DNA of 64,000 bases from Oscillospiraceae bacterium Zagget6 (GTDB lineage Bacteria > Bacillota > Clostridia > Oscillospirales > Oscillospiraceae), in the NCBI GenBank assembly GCA_001941075.1, contig MSHH01000006.1:20062-84061 (forward strand). The letters are read 5' to 3'. Positions 22,163-32,224 of the stretch are shown here, piece by piece. The notes under the pieces were generated by a model, which searched no databases, was not told where the DNA came from, and saw only the letters and a program-made list of their open reading frames with translations. Position 1 is the first letter of the stretch. The number at the start of each line of letters is the position of its first letter. The position numbers and the translations under genes are program-made.

Positions 22163-22642
22163 TTAAATGGTCTCGACCCAGCGCTTCAGCGCTGCATCAG
22201 AGGTTCCGCCGTTCAACAGTTTGCCGGTGACGAGCGTGGTCTCCGGCGAGACGGACTTTTTGAGCACGTCCGCCGTCCGGCCGAAACCGCTGCCGCCGGA
22301 GGTGGCAAAGAGTACGATTTTCTTTCCGGAAAAGTCGTAGCTCTCCAGGAAGGTGCAGACCACGGTGGGGGCCAGTCCCCACCAGATGGGGAACCCCAGA
22401 AACACCGTGTCGTAAGCGGCGATGTTGGCGGCGGTGTCCGCCAGGGCCGGGCGGCTGGACAGGTCGTTCATCTCAACGGTACTGCGGGAGCGTTTGTTCC
22501 GCCAGTCCAGGTCGGCGTCCGTGTAGGGAACGGCGGGCCGGATCTCATACAAATCGGCGTCCGCTGCCGCAGCCAGCGCCTTGGCCGCCCGTTCGGTCAC
22601 GCCGCTGGCGGAAAAATACGCCACCAAAGTTTTCTTTGCCAT
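22163..22642 (-). CDS. Flavodoxin
   Basis: AYFSASGVT, GFPIWW, FATSGGS. Confidence 0.9.
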   Translation of the reverse strand: MAKKTLVAYFSASGVTERAAKALAAAADADLYEIRPAVPYTDADLDWRNKRSRSTVEMNDLSSRPALADTAANIAAYDTVFLGFPIWWGLAPTVVCTFLESYDFSGKKIVLFATSGGSGFGRTADVLKKSVSPETTLVTGKLLNGGTSDAALKRWVETI

Positions 22643-22643
22643 G

Positions 22644-22841
22644 TCAATCTCCTCCTCGTACTTTTGCGGTTTTCTTCTCGGCCTGTAGCTGATAAATCAG
22701 GTAGTCCACCTGATCGACCTGCTGCTGTCTGCCGTGCAGCTCGTCCATCAGGTTCACTCTGACCTTTTTTAACAGGCGCAGCTTTTCTTCTGTGGTTTTC
22801 TGATTGGATTCCATGAGTGCCGTGAGTTCCGTCATGGTCAT
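22644..22841 (-). CDS. Small hypothetical helical protein
   Basis: RBS aggagg; LMDELH...VDYLIYQL; co-oriented between LysR and flavodoxin. Confidence 0.65.
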   Translation of the reverse strand: MTMTELTALMESNQKTTEEKLRLLKKVRVNLMDELHGRQQQVDQVDYLIYQLQAEKKTAKVRGGD

Positions 22842-22940
22842 GGGCAGCCCTCCTAGAACAATACGGATATGGAGCACGTAGATGTGTTTTCCATACCCGT
22901 ATTATATCTCTCAGATGAGAATATAGCAAATACTTTGTCT

Positions 22941-23831
22941 CTATTGGTCAGCTATGCCCGAAAAGCATTTGATTTGCCGGACAAACCGCTCCACCGCCGG
23001 GGTCAGCGGCTGACTGCGCTTCCACGCAAACACGCTGTCAGACGTGACGGCTGGAGAGAGTGGGCGACGTGCGATTTTTTCACTGTCCCAAAAGGGAAGC
23101 GCCCCCTCAGTCACGATGGCGTACCCCAGCCCCGCCTGAACCATCAGCGCAGCGTTGGTGGCCAGGTTGCTGGTGAACAGCACCTGTTCCTCGGAGAACG
23201 TGTCGCCCAGCCAGTTGAACAGCTCGTTGCGGACGTTGGCGCGGGCGGGGAGGATGAGCGGTTTTCCTGTCAGGTCTGCCGCGCAAATGGCGCTCTTTTG
23301 TGCGAGGGGGTCGCCGGGGCCCATCAGGACGACCCAGCGCTCCTGCTGTTTCAGGCGGATAAAATCGAACTTCTCCATGTCGATGGGTTCCATCAGGATG
23401 CCGATGTCCACCAACCCCCGTTCCATCTGCTCCTTGACCGTGTCCGCAGTGGCGGTGAAGAGGTCATAAGTTACCAGAGGATACGCCTCGTGGAACGTGG
23501 AAATCATCTCCGGCAGCAGTTGGACCGCCGCCAGTTCTCCGCAGCCGATGACGATGCGGCCCTCGATCAGTTCCTCCTGCTCCATCAGTTCCCGCTGCGT
23601 CCGGTCCACCAGGGAAAGGATTTCCTCCGCCCGGCGGCGCAGGAGCATCCCCTCGCTGGTCAGGGTGATGCGTCTGGCCCCACGGTCAAACAGCTTGACG
23701 CCCACCTCTTCCTCCAGTGCCGCCATCTGGCGGCTGAGGGTGGGCTGTGTGATGTGCAGCGCCTCCGCCGCCCGATTGATGCCGCCCTCCCGAGCGACGG
23801 TGAGGAAATAGTGGAGGACGCGAAGTTCCAT
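22941..23831 (-). CDS. LysR-family transcriptional regulator
   Basis: MELRVLHYF...AAEALHITQPTLSRQ HTH. Confidence 0.93.
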   Translation of the reverse strand: MELRVLHYFLTVAREGGINRAAEALHITQPTLSRQMAALEEEVGVKLFDRGARRITLTSEGMLLRRRAEEILSLVDRTQRELMEQEELIEGRIVIGCGELAAVQLLPEMISTFHEAYPLVTYDLFTATADTVKEQMERGLVDIGILMEPIDMEKFDFIRLKQQERWVVLMGPGDPLAQKSAICAADLTGKPLILPARANVRNELFNWLGDTFSEEQVLFTSNLATNAALMVQAGLGYAIVTEGALPFWDSEKIARRPLSPAVTSDSVFAWKRSQPLTPAVERFVRQIKCFSGIADQ

Positions 23832-23873
23832 GTTGCTCTCCTTCCTTCCAGTGGACAATGTAAAAGGGGGTTT

Positions 23874-24017
23874 CTACCGTTTGCCCGCTTTTCGGGCGGG
23901 ACAGTCCTTCCTGCCGCAGCCGCAGAAGCCGCTGTGCCGGCTCCGCCACAGATGCACCACGATGAGGGCGACTACGGCAACAATCACCAACAGGAGGACG
24001 ATACTTGTAAAGTTCAT
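23874..24017 (-). CDS. FeoB-associated Cys-rich membrane protein
   Basis: Single TM then CGCxxxxC; RBS ggagg; immediately after the feoB 3' end. Confidence 0.75.
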   Translation of the reverse strand: MNFTSIVLLLVIVAVVALIVVHLWRSRHSGFCGCGRKDCPARKAGKR

Positions 24018-24030
24018 CTTGTTTCCTCCG

Positions 24031-24569
24031 TTACGCCATGCCCAGCAACAGGCCAATCACCCGGACCACTGCCGCAGCGACCCACGCGATGGCGCACTGC
24101 TCCACCACCACAAAGATGGCCCATTTGCCGCCCAGCTCCCGCTGGATGACGCGATAGCTGCCACGCAGGGGGTATAGAGCAGGGTGGTCTTGCCGCAGTT
24201 CTGGTTGCCCGCCAGGGCGAAGGTCAACACCGTGCCGTCCGGCAGGGGATGCTCATCCGCTTTGTTGTGATAGTGTCCGCCCTCGCCCAGACCGGGGTGG
24301 GCCAGTTCCTTTTTCTGGCTCAGGGAGGGTTCCTTTGCCGCCTTTTTCACCGGCGCGATTTCGATTTTTTCCGCGTCGGCCACGCGAAGGGTCAGCTCGT
24401 AGCTGTGGACCCGCAACTCCATGGGGTCGCCCATGGGCGCGAATTTCACCATGGTGACCTCCGCGCCGGGGATCAGGCCCATATCCAAAATGTGCTGCCG
24501 CAGCGCTCCCTCGCCGCCAACGGTTTGAATGATCGCGCTTTTTCCAATCTCCAGTTCTTTTAAGGTCAT
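24031..24569 (-). pseudogene. feoB: feoA-feoB fusion pseudogene (large internal deletion plus 1-nt frameshift)
   Basis: FeoA domain and G1 motif GNQNCGKTT joined directly to C-terminal LYTPCVAAIA; shifted frame continues IQRELGGKWAIFVVVEQCAIAW...GMA* ending at 24031. Confidence 0.9.
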
Positions 24570-24671
24570 GGTTTTACCGCTCCTTCACCGGTTGTCTCTT
24601 TCGTCGTGACGCTGGTTCAGTTTGACAGGTTCTGCTTTTGTCTGGCCAGTGGTTTGGTGCGAATGGATCGT

Positions 24672-24720
24672 AAAAAGAAAAGACTCAAATACAGCGAAGA
24701 TGAAACTGTATATGAGTCTC
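24672..24720 (-). terminator. Riboswitch expression-platform terminator
   Basis: Minus strand AGACTCATATACAG...CTGTATTTGAGTCT followed by TTTCTTTTT. Confidence 0.8.
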
Positions 24721-24803
24721 GCAATTTAAAGCAAGCCAGGCCAGAAGCTGGTCGGTATGTTGACTTGCTACGCAAAAAGCTGCGCTTGCTACTCCCCCAC
24801 GGG
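24711..24803 (-). ncRNA. yybP-ykoY (Mn2+-sensing) riboswitch
   Basis: Minus strand GGGGAGUAGC...AGCAAGUCA-ACAUAC...UGGCUUGCU...GCGAGAC, with pairable P1/P2/P3. Confidence 0.8.
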
Positions 24804-24848
24804 AAACTTGTATTCAAATGTCTTTTGCGTACTGTTTTGTGCGCTGTT

Positions 24849-24877
24849 ATTTTACGGGCAAATTCCGAAAATAGCAA
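24849..24877 (-). promoter_or_regulatory. Sigma-A promoter for the riboswitch-feo transcript
   Basis: Minus strand TTGCTA - 17 bp - TAAAAT; second candidate TTGACG-18-TATAAT near 24955-24984. Confidence 0.6.
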
Positions 24878-25109
24878 CAGGCAAATTGCAGGTGCGGCCG
24901 GGGCGCGGCTTCCGGCGCAGCACAGTTCGGACAAGAAAAGCTGCAAATTACCTTTATTATACTACATTGCATTTGTAACCGTCAACAATTTTCTGTGAAC
25001 ACGCCGCCAGGTTTTCTGGCAAACTGGACAATTCTCGGTTTTGTACATCTTGACGAAAGTATTCCCGGAAACTTTGTCAAGAATTTATCATTCTTTTTGA
25101 CGTTCCCCC

Positions 25110-25171
25110 TTGCAACCGAAAGGGAAAAGGGGTATACTTTGTATCAAGATAGTTAGTTAAAAAAATAACAA
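25110..25171 (+). promoter_or_regulatory. Sigma-A promoter plus Rex operator of the crt operon
   Basis: TTGCAA-17-TATACT; TAGTTAA-AAAA-ATAACAA (25154-25171) matches Rex TTGTTAAnnnnTTAACAA; weaker site at 25074-25091. Confidence 0.7.
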
Positions 25172-25209
25172 ACTTCACTCCCGCAATCCAACACCAAGGA
25201 GGAACCTCT

Positions 25210-25995
25210 ATGTCTTTCATCAACCTGGAAACCCAGGGTGCGGTGGCCGTCCTGACCATCAACCGTCCCAAAGCCCTCAACGCGCTGAACAGCTCTGTTC
25301 TGGAAGAGCTGGACGCCGCCATCGACTCCCTCGACCTGGACGCCGTCCGCTGCCTCGTCATCACCGGCGCCGGTGAAAAGAGCTTCGTCGCCGGAGCCGA
25401 CATCGGCGAGATGAGCAGCCTGACCAAGGCCGAGGGCACTGCTTTTGGCAAGAAGGGGAACGACGTGTTCCGCAAGATCGAGACCCTGCCCATCCCCGTC
25501 ATCGCCGCAGTCAACGGCTTCGCCCTGGGCGGCGGCAACGAGCTGGCCATGAGCTGCGACATCCGCATCTGCTCCGACACCGCCGTGTTCGGTCAGCCCG
25601 AAGTGGGCCTGGGCATCACCCCCGGCTTCGGCGGCACCCAGCGTCTGGCCCGTCTGGTCAGCCCCGGCATGGCCAAGCAGCTGATCTACACCGCCCGCAA
25701 CATCAAGGCTGACGAGGCGTATCGCATTGGCCTGGTCAACGCCGTCTATCCCGCCGCTGACCTGATGCCCGCCGCCCTGAAAATGGCCGCCGGTATCGCC
25801 AAGAACGCCCCCATCGCCGTCCGCGCCTGCAAGAAGGCCATCAACGACGGTCTGGACATGGACATCGACTCTGCCATCGCTCTGGAAGAGGACCTGTTCG
25901 GCTCCTGCTTCGAGACCCACGACCAAGTCGAAGGCATGGGCTGCTTCATGAGCCGTGAAAAACCCAAGCCCAAGCCCGTTTTCACCAACAACTAA
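25210..25995 (+). CDS. crt: Enoyl-CoA hydratase (crotonase)
   Basis: NRPKALNALN, FVAGADI, GFALGGGNELAMSCD, PGFGGTQRL. Confidence 0.93.
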   Translation: MSFINLETQGAVAVLTINRPKALNALNSSVLEELDAAIDSLDLDAVRCLVITGAGEKSFVAGADIGEMSSLTKAEGTAFGKKGNDVFRKIETLPIPVIAAVNGFALGGGNELAMSCDIRICSDTAVFGQPEVGLGITPGFGGTQRLARLVSPGMAKQLIYTARNIKADEAYRIGLVNAVYPAADLMPAALKMAAGIAKNAPIAVRACKKAINDGLDMDIDSAIALEEDLFGSCFETHDQVEGMGCFMSREKPKPKPVFTNN

Positions 25996-26206
25996 AAATC
26001 GCAGGACACATGCCTTCGATTTCCGCCGCAAGTGCGGCGGCAATAAAGCCATTTCCCGCAGGGAAATTGCTGCGCAGGGCGAATTCATTTCGCCCGAGCA
26101 TGTGAAATCCAAAAGGACTCCCAACCGGCCTGCCGGTTGGGAAACAGGCATGGGCTGCTTCATGAGCCGCGAGAAACCCAAGCCCAAGCCCGTTTTCACT
26201 AATTAA
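25932..26206 (+). repeat. Direct duplication of the crt 3' end flanking a 150-bp hairpin-rich insert
   Basis: 25932-25995 repeated at 26146-26206. Confidence 0.9.
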
Positions 26207-26329
26207 CTGAGCCGCTTTTTAGTGACTAGTGGTTAGTAGTTAGTGTCGAGAGCCGCAACTGCGGCAACATCCCATCATTCGCAATTTCAATTTCTATATA
26301 AAACTAAAACTTTTCAGGAGGTCACAAAC

Positions 26330-27199
26330 ATGAAAGTTGGTATTATCGGCGCCGGTACTATGGGCCAGGGCATCGCCAAGGCGTTTGCTCAGAGTGGTAT
26401 TCAGGTCGCCCTGTGCGACATCAAGGCGGAGTGGGCTGCCGGTGGCAAGTCCAAGATCGAGAAGGGCTACGCCCGTCTGGTCGCCAAGGGCAAGCTGACC
26501 CAGGAGAAGGTCGATGGCATCCTGGCCAACATCACCCCCGGCCTGAAAGAGGACCTCTGCGGCGACGCCGATCTGATCGTCGAGGCCGCTTTTGAGGATA
26601 TGGGCGTGAAAAAGACCACCTTCGGCGAGCTGGACAAGATCTGCAAGCCCGAGTGCATCCTCGCCTCCAACACCTCTTCTCTGTCCATCACCGAGATCGG
26701 CAAGGGCATCGAGCATCCCGTCATCGGTATGCACTTCTTCAACCCCGCTGACCGCATGAAGCTCATTGAGGTCATCGCGGGCGCCAACACCGCCGCTGAG
26801 ACCGTGGAGAAAATCAAGGAGATCTCCGTCCAGATCGGCAAGACCCCCGTGCAGGTCAACGAGGCCGCCGGTTTCGTGGTCAACCGCATCCTGATCCCCA
26901 TGATCAACGAGGCTGCCTTCATCAAGATGGAGGGCGTGTCCGACATCGCCGGTATCGACGCGGCCATGAAGCTGGGCGCCAACCATCCCATGGGTCCCCT
27001 GGAGCTGGGCGACTATGTGGGCCTGGACATCTGCCTGGCCATTATGGACGTGCTGTACGAGGAGACCGGCGACAGCAAGTACCGCGCCTGCCCCCTGCTG
27101 CGGAAGATGGTCCGCGGCGGCAACCTGGGCTGCAAGACCGGCAAGGGCTTCTATGTCTACAACGCTGACCGCACCAAGACCCCTGTTGACGCCCTGTAA
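26330..27199 (+). CDS. hbd: 3-hydroxybutyryl-CoA dehydrogenase
   Basis: GAGTMG, SNTSSLS, GMHFFNP, HPMGPL. Confidence 0.93.
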   Translation: MKVGIIGAGTMGQGIAKAFAQSGIQVALCDIKAEWAAGGKSKIEKGYARLVAKGKLTQEKVDGILANITPGLKEDLCGDADLIVEAAFEDMGVKKTTFGELDKICKPECILASNTSSLSITEIGKGIEHPVIGMHFFNPADRMKLIEVIAGANTAAETVEKIKEISVQIGKTPVQVNEAAGFVVNRILIPMINEAAFIKMEGVSDIAGIDAAMKLGANHPMGPLELGDYVGLDICLAIMDVLYEETGDSKYRACPLLRKMVRGGNLGCKTGKGFYVYNADRTKTPVDAL

Positions 27200-27274
27200 T
27201 TCCTGAAAACCACCGCCGGGGCGCTGCCTGTGTCCCGGCGGGTGTACATAAATCAAATAGGAGGATCTAGTTTT

Positions 27275-28450
<1,176 letters not shown>

Positions 28451-28467
28451 GGAGGGTATAATTCACT

Positions 28468-29253
28468 ATGAAAGCTATTGTTTGTGTCAAGCAGGTTCCC
28501 GATACCTCCGGCAAGGTTGCCGTGAAGCCCGACGGGACCCTGGACCGCGCTTCTATGGCCACCATCACCAACCCCGATGACCTGAGCGCCCTGGAAGCCG
28601 CCCTGGAACTGAAAGAGCAGACCGGCTGCGAAGTCGTGGTCGTCTCCATGGGCCCCTTCACCGCTGAGGGTATGCTGCGTGAGTGCATCGCCCGCGGCGC
28701 TGACCGCGCTGTGCTGATCTCCGGTCGTGAGTTCGGCGGCTCTGACACCTTCGCCACCTCTCAGATCATCGCCGCCGGCATCAACAAGATCGGCGTCGGC
28801 CCTGAGGACGTGGTGTTCTGCGGCCGTCAGGCCATCGACGGCGACACCGCCCAGGTCGGCCCCCAGATTGCGGAGAAGCTGCACCTGCCCCAGGTCACCT
28901 ACGTTGCCGGCATCAAGAAGGAGGGCGACAGCCTGATTTGCAAGCGTATGCTGGAGGACGGCTACATGACCCTGAAGGTCAAGACCCCCTGCCTGCTGAC
29001 CTGCATCAAGGAGCTGAACACCCCCCGCTATATGTCCGTCAGCGGCATCTTCGAGTGCTATTCCAAGCCTCTGGAGATCTTCGACTATCCCGCGCTGAAG
29101 GACGATCCCCTGATCGAGACCGACACCATCGGTTTGAAGGGCTCCCCCACCAACGTGTTCAAATCCTTCACTCCGCCTCAGAAGGGCGCTGGCACCATGG
29201 TGGAAAGTGCCAGTGCGCTGGTCGGCATCCTGAACGATAAGCACCTGATCTGA
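28468..29253 (+). CDS. etfB: Electron transfer flavoprotein beta subunit
   Basis: CVKQVPD, GRQAIDGDTAQVG. Confidence 0.95.
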   Translation: MKAIVCVKQVPDTSGKVAVKPDGTLDRASMATITNPDDLSALEAALELKEQTGCEVVVVSMGPFTAEGMLRECIARGADRAVLISGREFGGSDTFATSQIIAAGINKIGVGPEDVVFCGRQAIDGDTAQVGPQIAEKLHLPQVTYVAGIKKEGDSLICKRMLEDGYMTLKVKTPCLLTCIKELNTPRYMSVSGIFECYSKPLEIFDYPALKDDPLIETDTIGLKGSPTNVFKSFTPPQKGAGTMVESASALVGILNDKHLI

Positions 29254-29269
29254 GAGAGGAGAGTATACT

Positions 29270-30379
29270 ATGTCTGAATACAACTTCACCGATACCGCCG
29301 CGTTCCACGGCGTATGGGTTTTCTGTGAGCAGCGCGACGGCGTCATCCAGTCCATCAGCTATCAGCTGCTGAGCGAGGGCCGCAAGCTGGCCAACGACAT
29401 CGGCGTGGAGCTGTGCGGCGTGGTGCTGGGCAGCGGCGTCGAGGAGAACTACCTCAAGGCCCTGGGCGGCTACGGCGCGGACCGCGTCTATTATCTGGAC
29501 AGCCCCCTGCTGAAAGACTACACCACCGACGGCTATGCCAAAGTGCTGTGCGACCTGGTCAAGGACAAGAAGCCCGAGATCGTCCTCATCGGCGCCACCA
29601 ACATTGGCCGTGACCTGGGTCCCCGCTGCGCGGCCCGTCTGCACACCGGCCTGACCGCCGACGCCACCCATCTGGACATCGACACCGGCAAGTATGTGGA
29701 GTTCCTGAAGGAGTCCTCCTCTCTGGACCTGTCCAAGCAGAAGTTCGACTATGAGGACCGCAACCTGAAGATGACCCGTCCCGCGTTTGGCGGCCACCTG
29801 ATGGCTACCATCATCTGCCCCCGGTTCCGTCCCCAGATGTCCACCGTCCGTCCCGGCGTTATGCAGACCCAGGAGTACGATGAGGCTGCCGCAGCCAAGG
29901 TCGTGGTGGAGAACGTCCCCGTGGAGCTGACCGCTGACGACATCGGCGTGGAAATCCTGGAGATCAAGAAGTCCGCCGCCAAGATGGTGGACCTCATCGG
30001 CGCTGACGTCATCGTCTCCGTGGGCCGCGGCATCAGCTCCGACCCCGAAAAGGGCATCGCTTTGGCCGAGGAACTGGCGGGCGTGCTGGGCGGCGTCGTG
30101 GGCGCTTCCCGTGCCGTCGTGGACGCTGGCATGATTTCCTCCGACCACCAGGTCGGTCAGACCGGCAAGACCGTCCATCCCCGCATCTATGTGGCCCTGG
30201 GTATCTCCGGCGCCATCCAGCACGTGGCTGGTATGCAGGACTCCGAGACCATCATCGCCGTCAACAAGAACGAGACCGCGCCCATCTTCGGCGTGGCCAA
30301 CTACGGCATCGTGGGCGACCTGTTCAAGGTGGTTCCCCAGCTGATCGCTGAGATCAAGGCGGTTCAGGCTGCGAAGTAA
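29270..30379 (+). CDS. etfA: Electron transfer flavoprotein alpha subunit
   Basis: RPAFGG, QVGQTGK, GISGAIQH. Confidence 0.95.
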   Translation: MSEYNFTDTAAFHGVWVFCEQRDGVIQSISYQLLSEGRKLANDIGVELCGVVLGSGVEENYLKALGGYGADRVYYLDSPLLKDYTTDGYAKVLCDLVKDKKPEIVLIGATNIGRDLGPRCAARLHTGLTADATHLDIDTGKYVEFLKESSSLDLSKQKFDYEDRNLKMTRPAFGGHLMATIICPRFRPQMSTVRPGVMQTQEYDEAAAAKVVVENVPVELTADDIGVEILEIKKSAAKMVDLIGADVIVSVGRGISSDPEKGIALAEELAGVLGGVVGASRAVVDAGMISSDHQVGQTGKTVHPRIYVALGISGAIQHVAGMQDSETIIAVNKNETAPIFGVANYGIVGDLFKVVPQLIAEIKAVQAAK

Positions 30380-30415
30380 GTTCGTTTGCTGAACGCATCT
30401 GAATAAGCAAAACCG

Positions 30416-30449
30416 AGGACGGCTGGCCGTTTGGTCAGCCGTCCTTTTG
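30416..30449 (+). terminator. Intrinsic terminator of the crt operon
   Basis: aggacggctggcc...ggtcagccgtcctttt. Confidence 0.7.
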
Positions 30450-30568
30450 CGTCTGCAAACAAATGTCGGACAAACTCCGGCGAATTGCGGTTTTAGCTGG
30501 GCTTGTATGTGATTGTTTGCGCAAAAAATCCGGGGCAAACGCCCCGGATTCGTTGTTTTTGTGCTGTT

Positions 30569-32161
30569 TTACTCCGCTGTGGATTCCTCTGCGTCCTCCG
30601 TCTCCGCCGGTTCCTCCACGGTGACGGTTCCGCCCAGCAGCTCATAGACCGCCTGAACGTCCTCGTCCAGCTGAGCGGTCATCCAGGTGGCGGGGTCGGT
30701 GGTGGTCAGTTCCACCGCCAGTGTCTCCACCTCGTATTTCACTTCGCCAAAGGCCAGAACACTGCTGATTTTGCGGGTGCGCTTTTTCACAGTGTTGCCG
30801 GATTTCTCGATGGTGGTGAAGGTGCTGCCGCTGCTGGCTACCACCAGGGCGGTGTGGGAGGCGGTGCCGCTACCGAAGAAGGCCACGTCGCCGGGCTGGG
30901 GGGTGTAGCTGGAGCTGTGCGAAGTTCCCAGGCTCTTGAAGCCGGAGACGCCGTCCCTGGCCGCCATAAAGGTGGGGGCCGCATCGGTGGAAACGCCGGT
31001 GTGGTGCAGACACCAGGTAGCGAACTCGGAACACCACGGCTCGCTGGATTTCAGCTTGTGGTGGTTGCCGATGAGATACTTGTTGTAGTAGTTGATATAT
31101 TTGCTGCCGGAGTTGCCGAGCTCGCCGTAGGCGGCGGCCACCACTCGGTCCCGCAGGGTTTTCACCGTTTCGCCGGTCTCCGCAGCCTCCAGCATCGCCG
31201 TCAGGTCGGTCTCATAGTCCTCGCTGCTCCGATAGGCGGCCTCGTTGGGCAGGGTCAGCACCTGGGAAGAGGTCTGATACCACGTCTCATACCAGGCGTC
31301 GATTTTTTTCTTCACCGTCTTTTCGGTCAACTCCAGTTCCTCATCCTGGAAGGCCAGCGCCTCCAGATAGGCGACGACGGAGGCTGCGTCGGTGGAGACG
31401 GTCAGCGTGTCGGCCTGCTCCGGGTCAGAGGTCTCGTCCGTGGTCACAGACTTTGTCACAGTGTAGTACAGCAGCTCCTCCGCGTCCTGCTCTTCCAGCT
31501 CCTCCTCGTCGGGGGAGAGGCTCTCGTTCAGTTCCTTGTCCTTCTCCGTCAGATAGCTTTTCACATACTCCACCAGGTCGGCGCTGAACGTCCGCCCATC
31601 GGAATAGCTGGCAGCCAGCGTCTCAGCGTCCTGGGTGAACCCGGCGTCGCACCGCTCACAGAGGTAAGAGAGGTCACCGGTTTCCTCGTCCACGGTGGCC
31701 ACATAGCTGTGGCCCAGGGCGGCAACCTGGGTATCCTCGTAGGAGTAGCCGCAGGTGTGGCAGGTGTGGAGGGTGTACCCCTCGGTCAGACAGGTGGGGT
31801 CCACCACGGTGTCCTCAAACTGGCAGTCCTCCGTCACCTCCGCGCCGCACAGATGACAGATGGCGGTCATGGTGCCGTCGCCGTTGGTGCGCCAGGCCCC
31901 CAGGTCGTGGCCGGTGGTGGAGCAGGCGGTGGTCATGAACGGTTCATAAGACGCGATGACGTTTTCGGAGAGGTCCGGTGTGCTCTCCACGCTGGGGGCG
32001 GGCGTTTCCGGCAGCGCGTCAAGCAGTTCCCCAGAAGAAGCTTCCACCACAGAGGCGGATTCTACAGAGGCGGAGCTGCTTTCCGCCGCCAATGCGGAGG
32101 GGAGGGAAGTCGTACAGAGGGTGCCTGCCAGCAGCAGGGCGCAAAGTCTGGAAAAATTCAT
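30569..32161 (-). CDS. Secreted CHAP-domain protein with His/Cys-rich repeats
   Basis: Signal peptide; CxxC/GH repeats; PWCSEFATWC and HTALV CHAP catalytic motifs. Confidence 0.78.
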   Translation of the reverse strand: MNFSRLCALLLAGTLCTTSLPSALAAESSSASVESASVVEASSGELLDALPETPAPSVESTPDLSENVIASYEPFMTTACSTTGHDLGAWRTNGDGTMTAICHLCGAEVTEDCQFEDTVVDPTCLTEGYTLHTCHTCGYSYEDTQVAALGHSYVATVDEETGDLSYLCERCDAGFTQDAETLAASYSDGRTFSADLVEYVKSYLTEKDKELNESLSPDEEELEEQDAEELLYYTVTKSVTTDETSDPEQADTLTVSTDAASVVAYLEALAFQDEELELTEKTVKKKIDAWYETWYQTSSQVLTLPNEAAYRSSEDYETDLTAMLEAAETGETVKTLRDRVVAAAYGELGNSGSKYINYYNKYLIGNHHKLKSSEPWCSEFATWCLHHTGVSTDAAPTFMAARDGVSGFKSLGTSHSSSYTPQPGDVAFFGSGTASHTALVVASSGSTFTTIEKSGNTVKKRTRKISSVLAFGEVKYEVETLAVELTTTDPATWMTAQLDEDVQAVYELLGGTVTVEEPAETEDAEESTAE

Positions 32162-32224
32162 AAGCGGTCGTTTGCTCCCTGCCGGGAGCAAGCCTCCTTT
32201 CGTAACGGGGAAGGGGATGGTGTA

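Noticed and set aside
24057-24569. 170-aa ORF as an intact FeoA-like gene
   Set aside because: Its C-terminus is a deletion junction plus out-of-frame feoB sequence
24606-24998. ORFs 24606-24998, 24617-24946 and 24757-24978
   Set aside because: Region is better explained by promoter, riboswitch and terminator; no protein motifs
25955-26206. 83-aa ORF ending like Crt
   Set aside because: By-product of the crt 3' duplication; no RBS or plausible start
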